DNA from: Escherichia phage Andreotti
Sequence record: MN850610.1
Direction: 5' to 3' (one strand)
DNA: 64,000 nt
Part shown: one piece after another, positions 26,377-36,403 of the stretch
How positions within the stretch are numbered: position 1 is the first letter of the stretch
Layout: each line of letters opens with the position of its first letter
The notes under the pieces: model-generated
Databases searched by the model: none
What the model was told of the DNA's origin: nothing
The model's input: the letters and a program-made list of their open reading frames with translations, nothing else
Position numbers and translations under genes: made by a program

Positions 26377-28330
26377 TTAATACAGGTGGAATCGTTGAGC
26401 TTTGACGCTGCTCTTCAGTATAGACTTCACCAGTCTCACGGTCAAACACTTCATCCTCATAATGTGGCAAAGAGTCATCATAATGGTCTTCAGCTTCACC
26501 AATACCAAACTGTTGGCGAATATTTTCTGCTGCGCCATCAATGTCAACTCCACAACCAGATGCTTTGATAAGACGCCCTGTATCTGGATTGTACCAAGTA
26601 TGACCAGCAATACCAGTTGACTTACCATGACGACGACATTTAGTTAGCTTGATTTTTGTCAAGTTTTTCTTAACAGGGTCTGGGTCAACCTTGTTACGCA
26701 TTAACAGAATGTTGTTCATAGAAATCTGGAAATACGCACCAGAACCTTTAATATCCTCTTCAGAGATATCTCCACCTTCAGAGTTAGCCTTCTGACCACC
26801 TGCACTCTTACGAACGTGACAGACGTTCACCTGTGCATACTGGTAGCGTTTGCAACGACGCAATAGCTCAGATAAAACTTCCTCTTCATCCGTATCTGAA
26901 CGTGACAGAGCCAACGTAATAGGGTCAAGAATAATAATCTTACAGTCTAAGCTGTTAACAAGATAGTCAACAAACTCCAGCAAGTTATCTTGGTCAATTG
27001 CCCCTTGATGGTCAACGATGTGGATACGACGACCTTTAGACAGTTCTGCGTGTGCCTTCTTCAATTCATCCCAATCACGTTCGTCATAAGGAATCTCAGA
27101 AATCTGCTTGCTAAGGTGGATTGCACAGAGCATCTCCATCAACTCTTCATAGGTATCTTCTACAGGAATTACACCAATATTGTAATCGGTATCTTTCCAA
27201 GCAGTATAAATCATTTCACGGGTGTAAGCTGATTTACCTACTGAGGATGGTGCTGCCAGAGTTGTAATCTCACCTAAACCGTAACCACCATAAGTCAGTC
27301 TGTTCAAATCCCCGAAAGATTCTGGGAAAGGAATCAATGGAATCTGACCACGATTCTTCATTGCCTCAAAACCATCTGCGAAGTTCTTGATACCAGCAGG
27401 ACAGTAACGAGGTGCATTGTAGATACGCTGCTTAAATCCTTCCAGAACTGTATCTTTCTCTTTATAGAACTTTGTCCACCATTCGTTAAGGTCTTTTACA
27501 CCCTCTGGATACTGGAATAAACGAACCTTCTCAATCGGAAGGATACCAGCAGCCTCTTTGGTAGCTTTAGCACCTGCTTCATCATTATCAAAGCACAAGT
27601 AAATCTCATCAAATGATGTGATGTACTGATAGTTGTCTTTGATAGACTTAATGTTTGCACCTGATGGGACAGATACGTGACAGTAATTCTTACGACGAGA
27701 CTTGTCCTTAATCGCAAGAGAAGTCATATAGATTGCTGTCGCACATTCCATCTCACCTTCCCAGATGAATAGGCGGTTACCACCTTCTGGAGCAATCCAT
27801 GAACCGAACATTGCAAGTTCACCTTTAATATCTCCAACACCACCAGAAAAGTCTTTTAGCTTACCACGTAGGTGCTCTTTTGGATGGTCTTCTGGATAAC
27901 GATGACGTACACGGTAACCGACGTGCTCTAGCTTACCATCTTCATTACGTTTGTAAGTTGGATAGAAATGCGCATCAATTTCACCGTCACTGTCAATGTC
28001 AACCTTGATACCCAAACGCTCAAGAACTTTTGCAGGAATCTTCCTATCCTTTAAGTCCATTGCTTCAAGGTTTTCTTTGACATCTTCTAAATCCATTCCA
28101 CGGAAAGTACGGTTTTTATTGTCTGAACCAGTAGAATAAGTGCTCACGATTTGTCCTTTATCAAAATCCCACTCTGGGAAACCTTTGTTACAGCTAAAGC
28201 AAGTCATCGAATAAGAATCATCGTCATGATGATAGATTGAACCAGCATCTGATGAACCACAACGTGGACATGCACAATGACCAATAAACTGACCAGCCTC
28301 TTTCAATTTACGACCTTTAGACATTAGCAC
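26339..28330 (-). CDS. bifunctional DNA primase-helicase (T7 gp4-like)
   Basis: N-terminal Zn ribbon CPRCGSSD...CFSCN; Walker A APSSVGKSAYT in the C-terminal helicase half. Confidence 0.7.
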   Translation of the reverse strand: MLMSKGRKLKEAGQFIGHCACPRCGSSDAGSIYHHDDDSYSMTCFSCNKGFPEWDFDKGQIVSTYSTGSDNKNRTFRGMDLEDVKENLEAMDLKDRKIPAKVLERLGIKVDIDSDGEIDAHFYPTYKRNEDGKLEHVGYRVRHRYPEDHPKEHLRGKLKDFSGGVGDIKGELAMFGSWIAPEGGNRLFIWEGEMECATAIYMTSLAIKDKSRRKNYCHVSVPSGANIKSIKDNYQYITSFDEIYLCFDNDEAGAKATKEAAGILPIEKVRLFQYPEGVKDLNEWWTKFYKEKDTVLEGFKQRIYNAPRYCPAGIKNFADGFEAMKNRGQIPLIPFPESFGDLNRLTYGGYGLGEITTLAAPSSVGKSAYTREMIYTAWKDTDYNIGVIPVEDTYEELMEMLCAIHLSKQISEIPYDERDWDELKKAHAELSKGRRIHIVDHQGAIDQDNLLEFVDYLVNSLDCKIIILDPITLALSRSDTDEEEVLSELLRRCKRYQYAQVNVCHVRKSAGGQKANSEGGDISEEDIKGSGAYFQISMNNILLMRNKVDPDPVKKNLTKIKLTKCRRHGKSTGIAGHTWYNPDTGRLIKASGCGVDIDGAAENIRQQFGIGEAEDHYDDSLPHYEDEVFDRETGEVYTEEQRQSSTIPPVLSEDADDCPFETE

Positions 28331-28517
28331 CTCTTCGTTGTAGTTCTGCTTTTAATCCATTTTCAATCTTATCCAGTTCATGAATTTCATCTGCAATCTC
28401 TTTCCTTCGTGATTCAACTCTCTTAAGACGTTCAATCATTACCTCATTGGAAAGAGATGAGAGTTCCACTAAACGGTGGTCAATAACTTTAAAATTGTCT
28501 TTTACTCTCATCTTCAT
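28317..28517 (-). CDS. hypothetical small coiled-coil protein
   Basis: co-directional ORF. Confidence 0.4.
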   Translation of the reverse strand: MKMRVKDNFKVIDHRLVELSSLSNEVMIERLKRVESRRKEIADEIHELDKIENGLKAELQRRGANV

Positions 28518-28525
28518 TCTCTCTT

Positions 28526-29269
28526 TTAAATCTTCAGGATAGCTCTTAGTTTGCTCTCAAGGTCTTCAAGAGTACCATTATTATGAATAATGTCACGCTC
28601 ATATTTTGTAGAAATGCCATTTTCTGAAACATGTGATGAAACTTTGTCCACATTGTCTCTTTTTACTTCAATAGTTTGGTGTGCAAATCTACTCAGCCAC
28701 TCAGCTTCAGAGTCAAATCTTAAATCACTGATTAAAACAACACCTTCTTGATTTCTAAGTGAGCAAACATCAAAGAAATTTACCATTCGTTTTTCGAGGT
28801 CTTTAGACCAGAACTTGTCACCCATAACTTTACGGATAACTTCAGTGCCCCAAATCTGTTGAATTTGTCTTGATGAGAATTTATACTTTTTACTAAATCC
28901 CAGACGTGTTAATAGAGTCGGTTTAGCAACCTTCTTAAGCTCCATGATTAATCGTCCGGTTAACTCTGACATAAGCTTAAAATCCATATGGTAACGTTCG
29001 CCTTTGAAGGTGAACTCCATAGCTTCAGTAACTTTGAACATTAGCTCAGGATATGATAAGTCAAATACCTGTGGAGTCTCTTTAGTTTCACCATACAGGT
29101 CATTCCAAGTCAGGTCAAATATCTTTGATGCAGATAGCTTAAGGTTGTCTGCATAAGCCATTACAGCAACATTATAGCCATATTCATCCTCTAAGATGTT
29201 CTTCACAATAGAACATGAGGTGTCTTTTCCAGAACGTGCCTTTCCAGTAAATGCGATAATATTACTCAT
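28526..29269 (-). CDS. P-loop nucleotide kinase, dNMP-kinase-like
   Basis: Walker A IIAFTGKARSGKDT at N-terminus. Confidence 0.45.
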   Translation of the reverse strand: MSNIIAFTGKARSGKDTSCSIVKNILEDEYGYNVAVMAYADNLKLSASKIFDLTWNDLYGETKETPQVFDLSYPELMFKVTEAMEFTFKGERYHMDFKLMSELTGRLIMELKKVAKPTLLTRLGFSKKYKFSSRQIQQIWGTEVIRKVMGDKFWSKDLEKRMVNFFDVCSLRNQEGVVLISDLRFDSEAEWLSRFAHQTIEVKRDNVDKVSSHVSENGISTKYERDIIHNNGTLEDLESKLRAILKI

Positions 29270-29288
29270 TTTATCTCCCTTAATTACT

Positions 29289-29311
29289 AAAAAGCCCCCA
29301 ACTAAGGAGGC
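29289..29311 (-). terminator. intrinsic terminator (hairpin with G-U pair plus U-run)
   Basis: A5 then gcccccaactaaggaggc on plus strand downstream of gene ending 29331. Confidence 0.4.
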
Positions 29312-29330
29312 TTGTAAGATTTATAAAGAC

Positions 29331-30131
29331 TTAGTGCAGTTGCTCAGCAGACTCTTTTTCAGCCATAGCTGAGATTTGCTTCACAAAATCATCACCGAAG
29401 TTAATGCGTAGTTTCTCTTCAATGATTGAAGCACCAATGTTCACCAAAACATCATTGATTGCTTGCATACTAACGCCACCAGTCATCTCCTCAATGAACT
29501 CAATACTCACACCCATCATCTGTGAAAGTTGGATTAGTGCAACGATATTCATCATCGTGGAGATAGCTGGAATCATCAGTGCAACTTTCACCTGAAGTGG
29601 TTCTATATCAGCTACAGAGTCATTTTCAACAGCTTCTTCCAAAGACTCTTTAGTTTGCTGGATAATCTCTTTGATTCGTGGGTTTAATTCTTCTACGCCC
29701 CAATCAAGTTTTTCATATCGTGAAAGTTTCTCTTCCATACGCTTCTCAAGAACAGCCATAACAGCACTCGTTGATGAGATAAGCGTATCAATAATGAAAT
29801 CAGTGTCCTTAGTCAGCAACAGTTCCTTATCTTCGTCTGACATCCTGATATAGTCATTCTTTTGCATTTCATAAAAAATGAACTCAGCAAGTGCATCAAC
29901 ACCAACCGCAATAGATGCCAGAGCAAGTGTAGTGTCTGTTAACATCATGTTGACCTGTTCTGCAAAAGCACCGTTATCAGACTTGTCTTCAGGCAAGTTA
30001 TAGCTTGCAGGCATAAACTGTTCTGTGTAGTTGTTACCACGAAGAATCATAGCCATGCTTTCTACGGCATTGATTAAGAATGCTTCATCAACACCTTTCT
30101 CTTCAAGCATCTTTTCTACATCGATATTCAT
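29331..30131 (-). CDS. hypothetical protein
   Basis: co-directional ORF. Confidence 0.5.
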   Translation of the reverse strand: MNIDVEKMLEEKGVDEAFLINAVESMAMILRGNNYTEQFMPASYNLPEDKSDNGAFAEQVNMMLTDTTLALASIAVGVDALAEFIFYEMQKNDYIRMSDEDKELLLTKDTDFIIDTLISSTSAVMAVLEKRMEEKLSRYEKLDWGVEELNPRIKEIIQQTKESLEEAVENDSVADIEPLQVKVALMIPAISTMMNIVALIQLSQMMGVSIEFIEEMTGGVSMQAINDVLVNIGASIIEEKLRINFGDDFVKQISAMAEKESAEQLH

Positions 30132-30132
30132 A

Positions 30133-30555
30133 TTATTTCTCTCTCAGTTGGTTAAGTTTCTTTCTAGAACATTTTAAGTTTTCGGATGAAGAAAAGTCAA
30201 GTGTCTTTTCAGAACGTGGATAATAGTGCCTATCCCAAGAAGTTTCAACATCGTTAATCAGTGACGCTAGATTACACAGGTCTGTACCACTTTGCAACCT
30301 CTTTTTAAGAGAATCTAGTAAAGCAACTGTGTCTTTAGCTTTACGTCTCGCTGTAGCAACATCTTTCATATGCTCAAACACAGAGCATTTTAAGTCATCT
30401 TCATAGTTTTCAGATAACTCTATTTCATGTTGTATATCAACCATTCTCCTGTGATGGTGAGCATATTCCCGTTGAGCAGCAATGTCAAGTTCTTCCAACT
30501 TCTGCAAAGCTCTAACAAAGTCAGCTATGTCTGGGTGAACAAACATTTTCTGCAT
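30133..30555 (-). CDS. hypothetical protein
   Basis: co-directional ORF, first gene of the minus block next to the divergent region. Confidence 0.5.
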   Translation of the reverse strand: MQKMFVHPDIADFVRALQKLEELDIAAQREYAHHHRRMVDIQHEIELSENYEDDLKCSVFEHMKDVATARRKAKDTVALLDSLKKRLQSGTDLCNLASLINDVETSWDRHYYPRSEKTLDFSSSENLKCSRKKLNQLREK

Positions 30556-30812
30556 GTAAGCCTCTTTTAAGTAACTATTAAGTTTTAATCTTTTATCTTA
30601 ACGTATTCTATACGTTATACTTTAAAGCTTTTTAAAAGCTATTAAATAATCTTTTAAGAGTTTTAAAGTATCTGTATAGTTAAACTGTTAAGTAACCTTT
30701 TAAGTAAAAACCCACTTCGCAAAGATTAACACCTTGTCAAGTGCATTGTCAACTTGCTTTTTATAATTTTTTGCAGTAATGTATGAGGTTAATGATTTTA
30801 GAGGGAGTAAAA
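30556..30812. promoter_or_regulatory. AT-rich divergent intergenic region with three CTTTTAAG repeats and a consensus TATAAT; candidate divergent early promoters or origin
   Basis: 257 nt non-coding between divergent gene blocks; ctcttttaagt, atcttttaagag, accttttaagt; TATAAT near 30762 with no good -35 at 17 nt. Confidence 0.35.
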
Positions 30813-33512
30813 ATGGAAAACGTAGATTTTAAAAACTTACATTTAGTTGGTGATACAGAAACTGATGGTTTACTCCTTGAGTTCACTAAAGTGCACGTAA
30901 TGGCTTTCGCAGACTATAAATCTGACGATGAAGAGCCGCCTGTATGGGTCTTTACAGATGAGCCTATCCTCGGTCACAAGTATACCAAGTATATTAAGGG
31001 TGGCTTACGTGAAGGTATTGAGTTTGCGTTAAAGGCAAAACGTCTTTGCATCCATAACGGTCTCGGTTATGACTGGTGGGTTTTCAATCACATTGCACCT
31101 GATTTATGGAACTTTGATAATCCAAAGTGTAAACCGTGGAGTAATTTCTTTCAGGATTCTCTTATCCAGTCTCGTGTTCAGTGGATGGATAGACCAACTC
31201 CAAAGGGTTATAAAGGTGCTCATGGTTTGGCTGCATGGGGTGCTCGTGTCGGTGTTCGTAAACCAGAGATTGAACATTGGGGTGTGTGGAATGCAGAAAT
31301 CTTCACTCGTGTTGTAGAAGATATCCGTATTAACGCCAAAACTAAACGGGCACTTGATAACGAGTATCTCAAGCTTAAGAAGTGTGGTATAGACACTTAT
31401 GAAACTTACATGCGAGCTAAAGAAACATCTTTCTGGATGAGTCAACAGGCTATCAATGGTTGGAAAGCTGATAAAGAGCTTATGGAGTTCCATGTAAAGG
31501 AACTTGACAAGTTGACTAATGAACTTGCTTCAGAAGTTGAACCGCATCTACCTCCAACTATTAAGACCAAAGGTAAAGTCACTGGAGAAGAGTTTGCAAA
31601 AGCTTGGAATGAGTATGTTGAAGCATTTGGTCATGCAGATGGACTGAAAAGAATTACCAAGTACCCTAAGACGAAGTATCGTCAGCAGGTGCGTAATGGT
31701 GAGATGCAGACTTATGAAATCAAACCATTTGGTAAGCCAACTACAAAGATTTTTAACATTGAAAAAAGGAATTGCTATACACCAACCAACTCTGTAACTG
31801 GTGAAGAGTACAAGGAAGGTTTTGTAGCAATGAAGGATGCTCGTGCAATTTGCAATGAGTTGAATGCAAAGATTGGTAAGAAATGCAAAGACTGGAAGCC
31901 AGTAAAAACAGTCAAAACTGTGAAGTACTATAACAGCCACGTTGTTAACCACTTTGAACTTGAGTCAAGTCGCTACACAGGTTTGATTGATGCACCATAT
32001 ACACCAATTGAGTTTGAAGTTTCTCGTATGACTCAGGTAGCAGTTGTTAAAGACTACTTGAAATCGGTTGGTTGGATTCCAGATGACTGGAACTACAAGA
32101 AAGACTCAGACGGTCGCCCTGTCAAAGTTTGTCGTTTCAAAGACAATAAAAAGATGATTACAAAACATCCTAAGTGGCAGGAAATGGTTGAGCGGTGTGG
32201 TTTGAGCTATGTTGAGCACGAAGGTGTACAGTACATTGAGCATAATTGGTCTGTGAAGAAATACACAGATTTGCTTGAACCTTGCTTAATCCGTACTTCA
32301 CCAAAACTTACTGAATCATCTTATGATACGATTGAAGGTGAGCTTGGGCAGAAGATTGCTAAATACTACACTTTGATGCACCGACGCAGAACTATTGAGA
32401 ACTCAAAGGATGACGAGAAAGGTTGGCTGAACCAGATTCGTCCAGATGGTCGCCTTAGTGCTGGTGCAATGGTATTTGGTACTTCAACTGGACGTATGAC
32501 CCAGTATGGTATTGTAAACGTACCGTCTGGTGCTGCTGTCTATGGAGAACCAATGAGGGCAGTGTGGATTTGTGAAGAGGGAACCAACGTAGTCTCTGTT
32601 GATATGAACTCAGCCCAGCTAGTTCTACTTTGTAACTTTATGGGTGATAAAGAGTTCACCAAAGCGGTAACGCAAGGTAAAGAAGAGATTGAGTTTATTC
32701 GTCAAGAAGATGGACGCTATTACTGCAAACATTTTGATGAGTACCTAAACCCAGAGATTGATAAGTACCTTCGCTATGACTCTGAGAATGACCTGTACGT
32801 TGTCTATTCAGGGACTGATGCACATACACTGAACAGTATTTACTTTAGCTTGAATGATGAGCAGGATATCTTGACTTGTCGAGCTACTCAGGATGAGAAT
32901 CTTCTTCATGAGATTAGCAAAGGTCGTAAGAAAGCTAAGAATGGTATCTATGCACTACTGTTTGGTGCAGGTGATGAAAAGTTTGCTAAAACTATTAAGG
33001 CAGCCACTACTCAGGAAGGTGCATTAACTAAACAGACTTACTTTGTGCGTTTGCCAAAGATTAAGAAACTATTAGATGACTTGGAAGATGACTACAAAGC
33101 AACTAAAAAGGCACTTGAAGAGGTGTTTGGTAAGACTGCTGCAATCTCTAAAGGGGGCTTTGTAAAGGTTGCTGGAGCTTGGTTGTGGTGTAAATCTCCA
33201 CATAAGTTATTGAATTATTTGCTCATGGGTTCGGAGGCTCAGATTCAGAATGAGGCAATTAACCTTGCTTGTAGAAGAGCATGTGAAGAAGGGTTGACAA
33301 AATTAAATGGACGAAAACCAGCAATTGGTGCTAGGCTTTTGCTGGCATACCACGATGAAAACAGTTGGGAGTGCCCAGAAAGTATGACTCAAGAAGTTAA
33401 AGCCATAACTGACTGGATGTATGGTCAGGCATCTAAGAATTTAGGTTTGAAGAGTGAGACGCTTGTAACTGGCACAGGAAAGGTTGGTAAGAGCTGGTAT
33501 GAGGTACATTGA
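30813..33512 (+). CDS. DNA polymerase, family A, with 3'-5' exonuclease domain
   Basis: Exo I LVGDTETDGL; pol motifs VVSVDMNSAQL (A), RKKAKNGIYALLFGAG (B), LAYHDE (C); start moved to ATG 30813 (MENVDF) after AGAGGGAG Shine-Dalgarno. Confidence 0.8.
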   Translation: MENVDFKNLHLVGDTETDGLLLEFTKVHVMAFADYKSDDEEPPVWVFTDEPILGHKYTKYIKGGLREGIEFALKAKRLCIHNGLGYDWWVFNHIAPDLWNFDNPKCKPWSNFFQDSLIQSRVQWMDRPTPKGYKGAHGLAAWGARVGVRKPEIEHWGVWNAEIFTRVVEDIRINAKTKRALDNEYLKLKKCGIDTYETYMRAKETSFWMSQQAINGWKADKELMEFHVKELDKLTNELASEVEPHLPPTIKTKGKVTGEEFAKAWNEYVEAFGHADGLKRITKYPKTKYRQQVRNGEMQTYEIKPFGKPTTKIFNIEKRNCYTPTNSVTGEEYKEGFVAMKDARAICNELNAKIGKKCKDWKPVKTVKTVKYYNSHVVNHFELESSRYTGLIDAPYTPIEFEVSRMTQVAVVKDYLKSVGWIPDDWNYKKDSDGRPVKVCRFKDNKKMITKHPKWQEMVERCGLSYVEHEGVQYIEHNWSVKKYTDLLEPCLIRTSPKLTESSYDTIEGELGQKIAKYYTLMHRRRTIENSKDDEKGWLNQIRPDGRLSAGAMVFGTSTGRMTQYGIVNVPSGAAVYGEPMRAVWICEEGTNVVSVDMNSAQLVLLCNFMGDKEFTKAVTQGKEEIEFIRQEDGRYYCKHFDEYLNPEIDKYLRYDSENDLYVVYSGTDAHTLNSIYFSLNDEQDILTCRATQDENLLHEISKGRKKAKNGIYALLFGAGDEKFAKTIKAATTQEGALTKQTYFVRLPKIKKLLDDLEDDYKATKKALEEVFGKTAAISKGGFVKVAGAWLWCKSPHKLLNYLLMGSEAQIQNEAINLACRRACEEGLTKLNGRKPAIGARLLLAYHDENSWECPESMTQEVKAITDWMYGQASKNLGLKSETLVTGTGKVGKSWYEVH

Positions 33513-34024
33513 TGAGAGATTGTGGATTCACACATGAACAGTTAAAGTCTTGGTTAGATTATGACCCCGAAACAGGGGTCTTAACATGGATTGGCAGACC
33601 CCCACATAGTAGTAGGGTGGTTATTGGAAGCCAAGCCGGAGCAATTAAGCGCACAAGGTCTGGTGTGTATATGCACACACAGATTTTAGGATACAGGACA
33701 GGTAATCACCGAATTGCTTGGTTCTGGATGACAGGTAAGTGGCCTGATAAACACATTGACCACAAAGATGGAGATGGTTTGAATAACGCTTGGGACAATC
33801 TAAGAGAGGCCACAAAAGAACAGAATATGTCTAATAGGAGACAACCTAGAACATCAAAAAACTTAAAAGGTACAAGTAGAAGCAAGTCTGGTAAGTGGAT
33901 AGCCCAGATTAACCATAATGGCAAGACTATACATATAGGAACATACACAACAGAAGAAGAAGCCCATAAAGCTTACTGTGAAGCTGCTGTGAAACTCCAC
34001 GGAGAGTTTGCAAAACTATCTTGA
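33512..34024 (+). CDS. HNH homing endonuclease (AP2-like C-terminal domain), free-standing downstream of the polymerase gene
   Basis: HNH region HIDHKDGDGLNNAWDNLREATKEQN; start overlaps polymerase stop. Confidence 0.6.
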   Translation: MRDCGFTHEQLKSWLDYDPETGVLTWIGRPPHSSRVVIGSQAGAIKRTRSGVYMHTQILGYRTGNHRIAWFWMTGKWPDKHIDHKDGDGLNNAWDNLREATKEQNMSNRRQPRTSKNLKGTSRSKSGKWIAQINHNGKTIHIGTYTTEEEAHKAYCEAAVKLHGEFAKLS

Positions 34025-34075
34025 CAAGGTGCTCATGGAAGAGTACCTTATACAATATCTTATATAGGAGGGCTT

Positions 34076-34285
34076 ATGAGCCACCGTGGAAGAACCCATG
34101 CAGCGATGATGAAAGGTGCTTCAAAGGAAACTATCAAGAACCGTAAGCAGAAGTTGTTTGAGAGAATGAATAGACTCATTGATAACACTTCCCTGTCTGG
34201 TGGTGAGAAAGTTTTCCTTAAAAGTAACCTTAAAAGTATTGCACAAGAACTTGTAGATATTGAATATTGGAGACATCAAAAATGA
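34076..34285 (+). CDS. hypothetical protein
   Basis: co-directional ORF. Confidence 0.4.
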   Translation: MSHRGRTHAAMMKGASKETIKNRKQKLFERMNRLIDNTSLSGGEKVFLKSNLKSIAQELVDIEYWRHQK

Positions 34286-34500
34286 CACTTGCAGACGTTA
34301 TTCAGCAACTTCATGATAACTGCTACACTCCAGAGTTAATTCAGGAGATGTCCATTGTAGTCATGCCTAGCAAGTTCGTAAAAACCTTTAACAACGACGC
34401 TTTAAGGTCTACACACATCCTTATCGTTGATGGTAAGATTGCAAAAGACCGTACTGGAGTACTCAAAGGCGAACGTATTGATATTCTGGAGTTGCTATGA
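34282..34500 (+). CDS. hypothetical protein (start set to ATG 34282, MTLADVIQ)
   Basis: co-directional ORF with ATGA-type coupling to neighbours. Confidence 0.4.
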   Translation: MTLADVIQQLHDNCYTPELIQEMSIVVMPSKFVKTFNNDALRSTHILIVDGKIAKDRTGVLKGERIDILELL

Positions 34501-34643
34501 AGAAAATGTACAGTCTATGGGGAAGGGTTGGTAAGGGTTTTGACTGGACACTTCTTCGTTCAAACGTTAAACGTAGTGAATTACCAGAACTCATCACTCA
34601 CTATTTAAAAACATACAGAGAGGTAGACTATCGTGAACAATAA
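34497..34643 (+). CDS. small basic protein (48 aa, not in ORF track)
   Basis: hand-translated MKKMYSLWGRVGKGFDWTLLRSNVKRSELPELITHYLKTYREVDYREQ; start overlaps upstream stop. Confidence 0.25.
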   Translation: MKKMYSLWGRVGKGFDWTLLRSNVKRSELPELITHYLKTYREVDYREQ

Positions 34644-34890
34644 GGTTAAGAGTTGTGTGAAAGCAATGGTTGCACTTGGAGTAATTTTTCTGGCTGGCTG
34701 CAACCCATCTTATGAAAACAAAGATGCTTCTTACAGCCTCCCTCCAGAGATGCAAGACTGCAAAATCTACAAACTCAATGGTGATGCTATAAGCAGAGAT
34801 ATTGTTGTTGTCAGATGCCCAAACTCTCAAACAACAACATCTTATAGCTATGGCAAAAATGGTCAATCACATACTACGGTTATTGAGTGA
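34633..34890 (+). CDS. lipoprotein candidate
   Basis: signal peptide with lipobox LAGC (VALGVIFLAGCNPS); GTG start. Confidence 0.45.
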   Translation: MNNKVKSCVKAMVALGVIFLAGCNPSYENKDASYSLPPEMQDCKIYKLNGDAISRDIVVVRCPNSQTTTSYSYGKNGQSHTTVIE

Positions 34891-34900
34891 GGTTTTCACG

Positions 34901-35107
34901 ATGGAAGTATTAGTAAACTATATCTATCGTTATGATGTTGTTCACTCCACTACAACCATAGCTCAACGTAACCCAATAGTCCCACGAGAAGGTGAATTGG
35001 TTCGCATTGATGGTTGGACTTACACTGTTGAGAGCATCATTCATAAGTTTGATGTTGCTGGTGATGTTCAAGTTATCGACGTAGAGATTGGTGGTAAGAG
35101 AAAATGA
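34901..35107 (+). CDS. hypothetical protein (start set to ATG 34901)
   Basis: GAGG Shine-Dalgarno then ATG; upstream part of track ORF overlaps the previous gene. Confidence 0.4.
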   Translation: MEVLVNYIYRYDVVHSTTTIAQRNPIVPREGELVRIDGWTYTVESIIHKFDVAGDVQVIDVEIGGKRK

Positions 35108-35322
35108 CTGTAGAAGATAAATTTAAGAACGCAGTTCTTACAGAAGATGGTGAGCTTGAAACATTCATTCTTCGTGTTGATGGTAAGCTATTCCGGTGTC
35201 GTTGTGGGTCAAACTGTTTCCATAAACCAGATAAAAATGACTTAGAGCTTTACGCATGTAATGCTTGCAATACTTGGTATCACTCAGAGGTTAAAAATGA
35301 CAATCCTATACAAACAAAATAA
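35104..35322 (+). CDS. small Cys-rich zinc-ribbon protein
   Basis: CRCGSNC...CNACN motifs. Confidence 0.4.
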   Translation: MTVEDKFKNAVLTEDGELETFILRVDGKLFRCRCGSNCFHKPDKNDLELYACNACNTWYHSEVKNDNPIQTK

Positions 35323-36400
35323 AGATGGTTCCTTCAACGTCTGGTCATGCGTTGCTGTAGGTGACAAAGTTATCACAACCTACGGTAAAGAAAATGGCAA
35401 GATGATGTTTGAAGAGTACACAGCAGAGCCTAAGAACATCGGTAAAAAGAATGAGCGTAACGCTGAACAGCAAGCTCTCTTTGAAGTTGCTGCTAAGTAT
35501 AAAAAGCAAGTTGACCGTAAAGGCTACGCTTACACAAAAGAGTCTGCAAAGAATACTGAGAAAGTAGGTGTACAACTTGCTCATGATGCTGCAAAGGTTA
35601 GTCATGCAAAGTATCTGAAGTTCCCTGCTGATGCTCAACCAAAACTTGATGGTGTACGTTGTAGAATTTCAAGACACTTAAGTATTGGCAGTGTATTTAC
35701 AGCATATTCTCGTGAGAATACTGTTTACAAAATCCCTACTGAACTAATACCTGACATTATGGCAATGTTAAGGCTCCACAAAGATGTTGATGAATTTGAT
35801 GGAGAGATTTATGCTCATGGGTGGGACTTAGAAGATATTGTCTCCATGATTAAAAATGAAGACAATCCTGACAGACACTTACTTAAGTTCTACTGGTATG
35901 ATATCTGTGACAGTACTAAAACGTGGCCTGAGCGTAGAGATATTATTGAGACTTCACCATTGAATGACTTTAGAGACGGCTGTAAAGTTGTCCCTGTTAA
36001 ATCTCGTCGTGTAAATTCTTGGGAAGAGTTTGATGAAGCTCATGATAAGTGGGTTGAAGCTAAGTTTGAAGGTGCAATGTACCGTTCAATCTCTGAAGAA
36101 TCTTTCTACGAGTGTGGTCACCGTTCATACTTCTTGATTAAACACAAGAAGATGCACACTGAAGAGTTTAAAGTGACTGGTGTAAAGACCGATAAGCGTG
36201 GTCATGGCAAGTTCGTTGTAGAGACTCTTCCTAATGTCTTTGTAGATGTTTCATGGAAAACTACCCATGAGAAGAAGAAGTATCTTGCTGAACATCCTGA
36301 AGAGTTTATCGGGAAACCTTTAACGGTTCAGTTCCAGAAGATGACTCGTAAGGGGTCTTTACAGTTCCCTGTAGGGCTAGTTATTAGGGATTATGAATAA
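35297..36400 (+). CDS. ATP-dependent DNA ligase
   Basis: motif I KLDGVRC (KxDGxR), later FEGAMYRS and LIKHKK; start set to ATG 35297 after GAGG. Confidence 0.65.
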   Translation: MTILYKQNKDGSFNVWSCVAVGDKVITTYGKENGKMMFEEYTAEPKNIGKKNERNAEQQALFEVAAKYKKQVDRKGYAYTKESAKNTEKVGVQLAHDAAKVSHAKYLKFPADAQPKLDGVRCRISRHLSIGSVFTAYSRENTVYKIPTELIPDIMAMLRLHKDVDEFDGEIYAHGWDLEDIVSMIKNEDNPDRHLLKFYWYDICDSTKTWPERRDIIETSPLNDFRDGCKVVPVKSRRVNSWEEFDEAHDKWVEAKFEGAMYRSISEESFYECGHRSYFLIKHKKMHTEEFKVTGVKTDKRGHGKFVVETLPNVFVDVSWKTTHEKKKYLAEHPEEFIGKPLTVQFQKMTRKGSLQFPVGLVIRDYE

Positions 36401-36403
36401 ACT

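Noticed and set aside
30734-30767. Canonical sigma70 promoter for the DNA polymerase gene (TTGTCA ... TATAAT)
   Set aside because: The two TTGTCA hexamers are 22 and 10 nt from the TATAAT, neither a functional spacing; kept only as part of a generic regulatory region.
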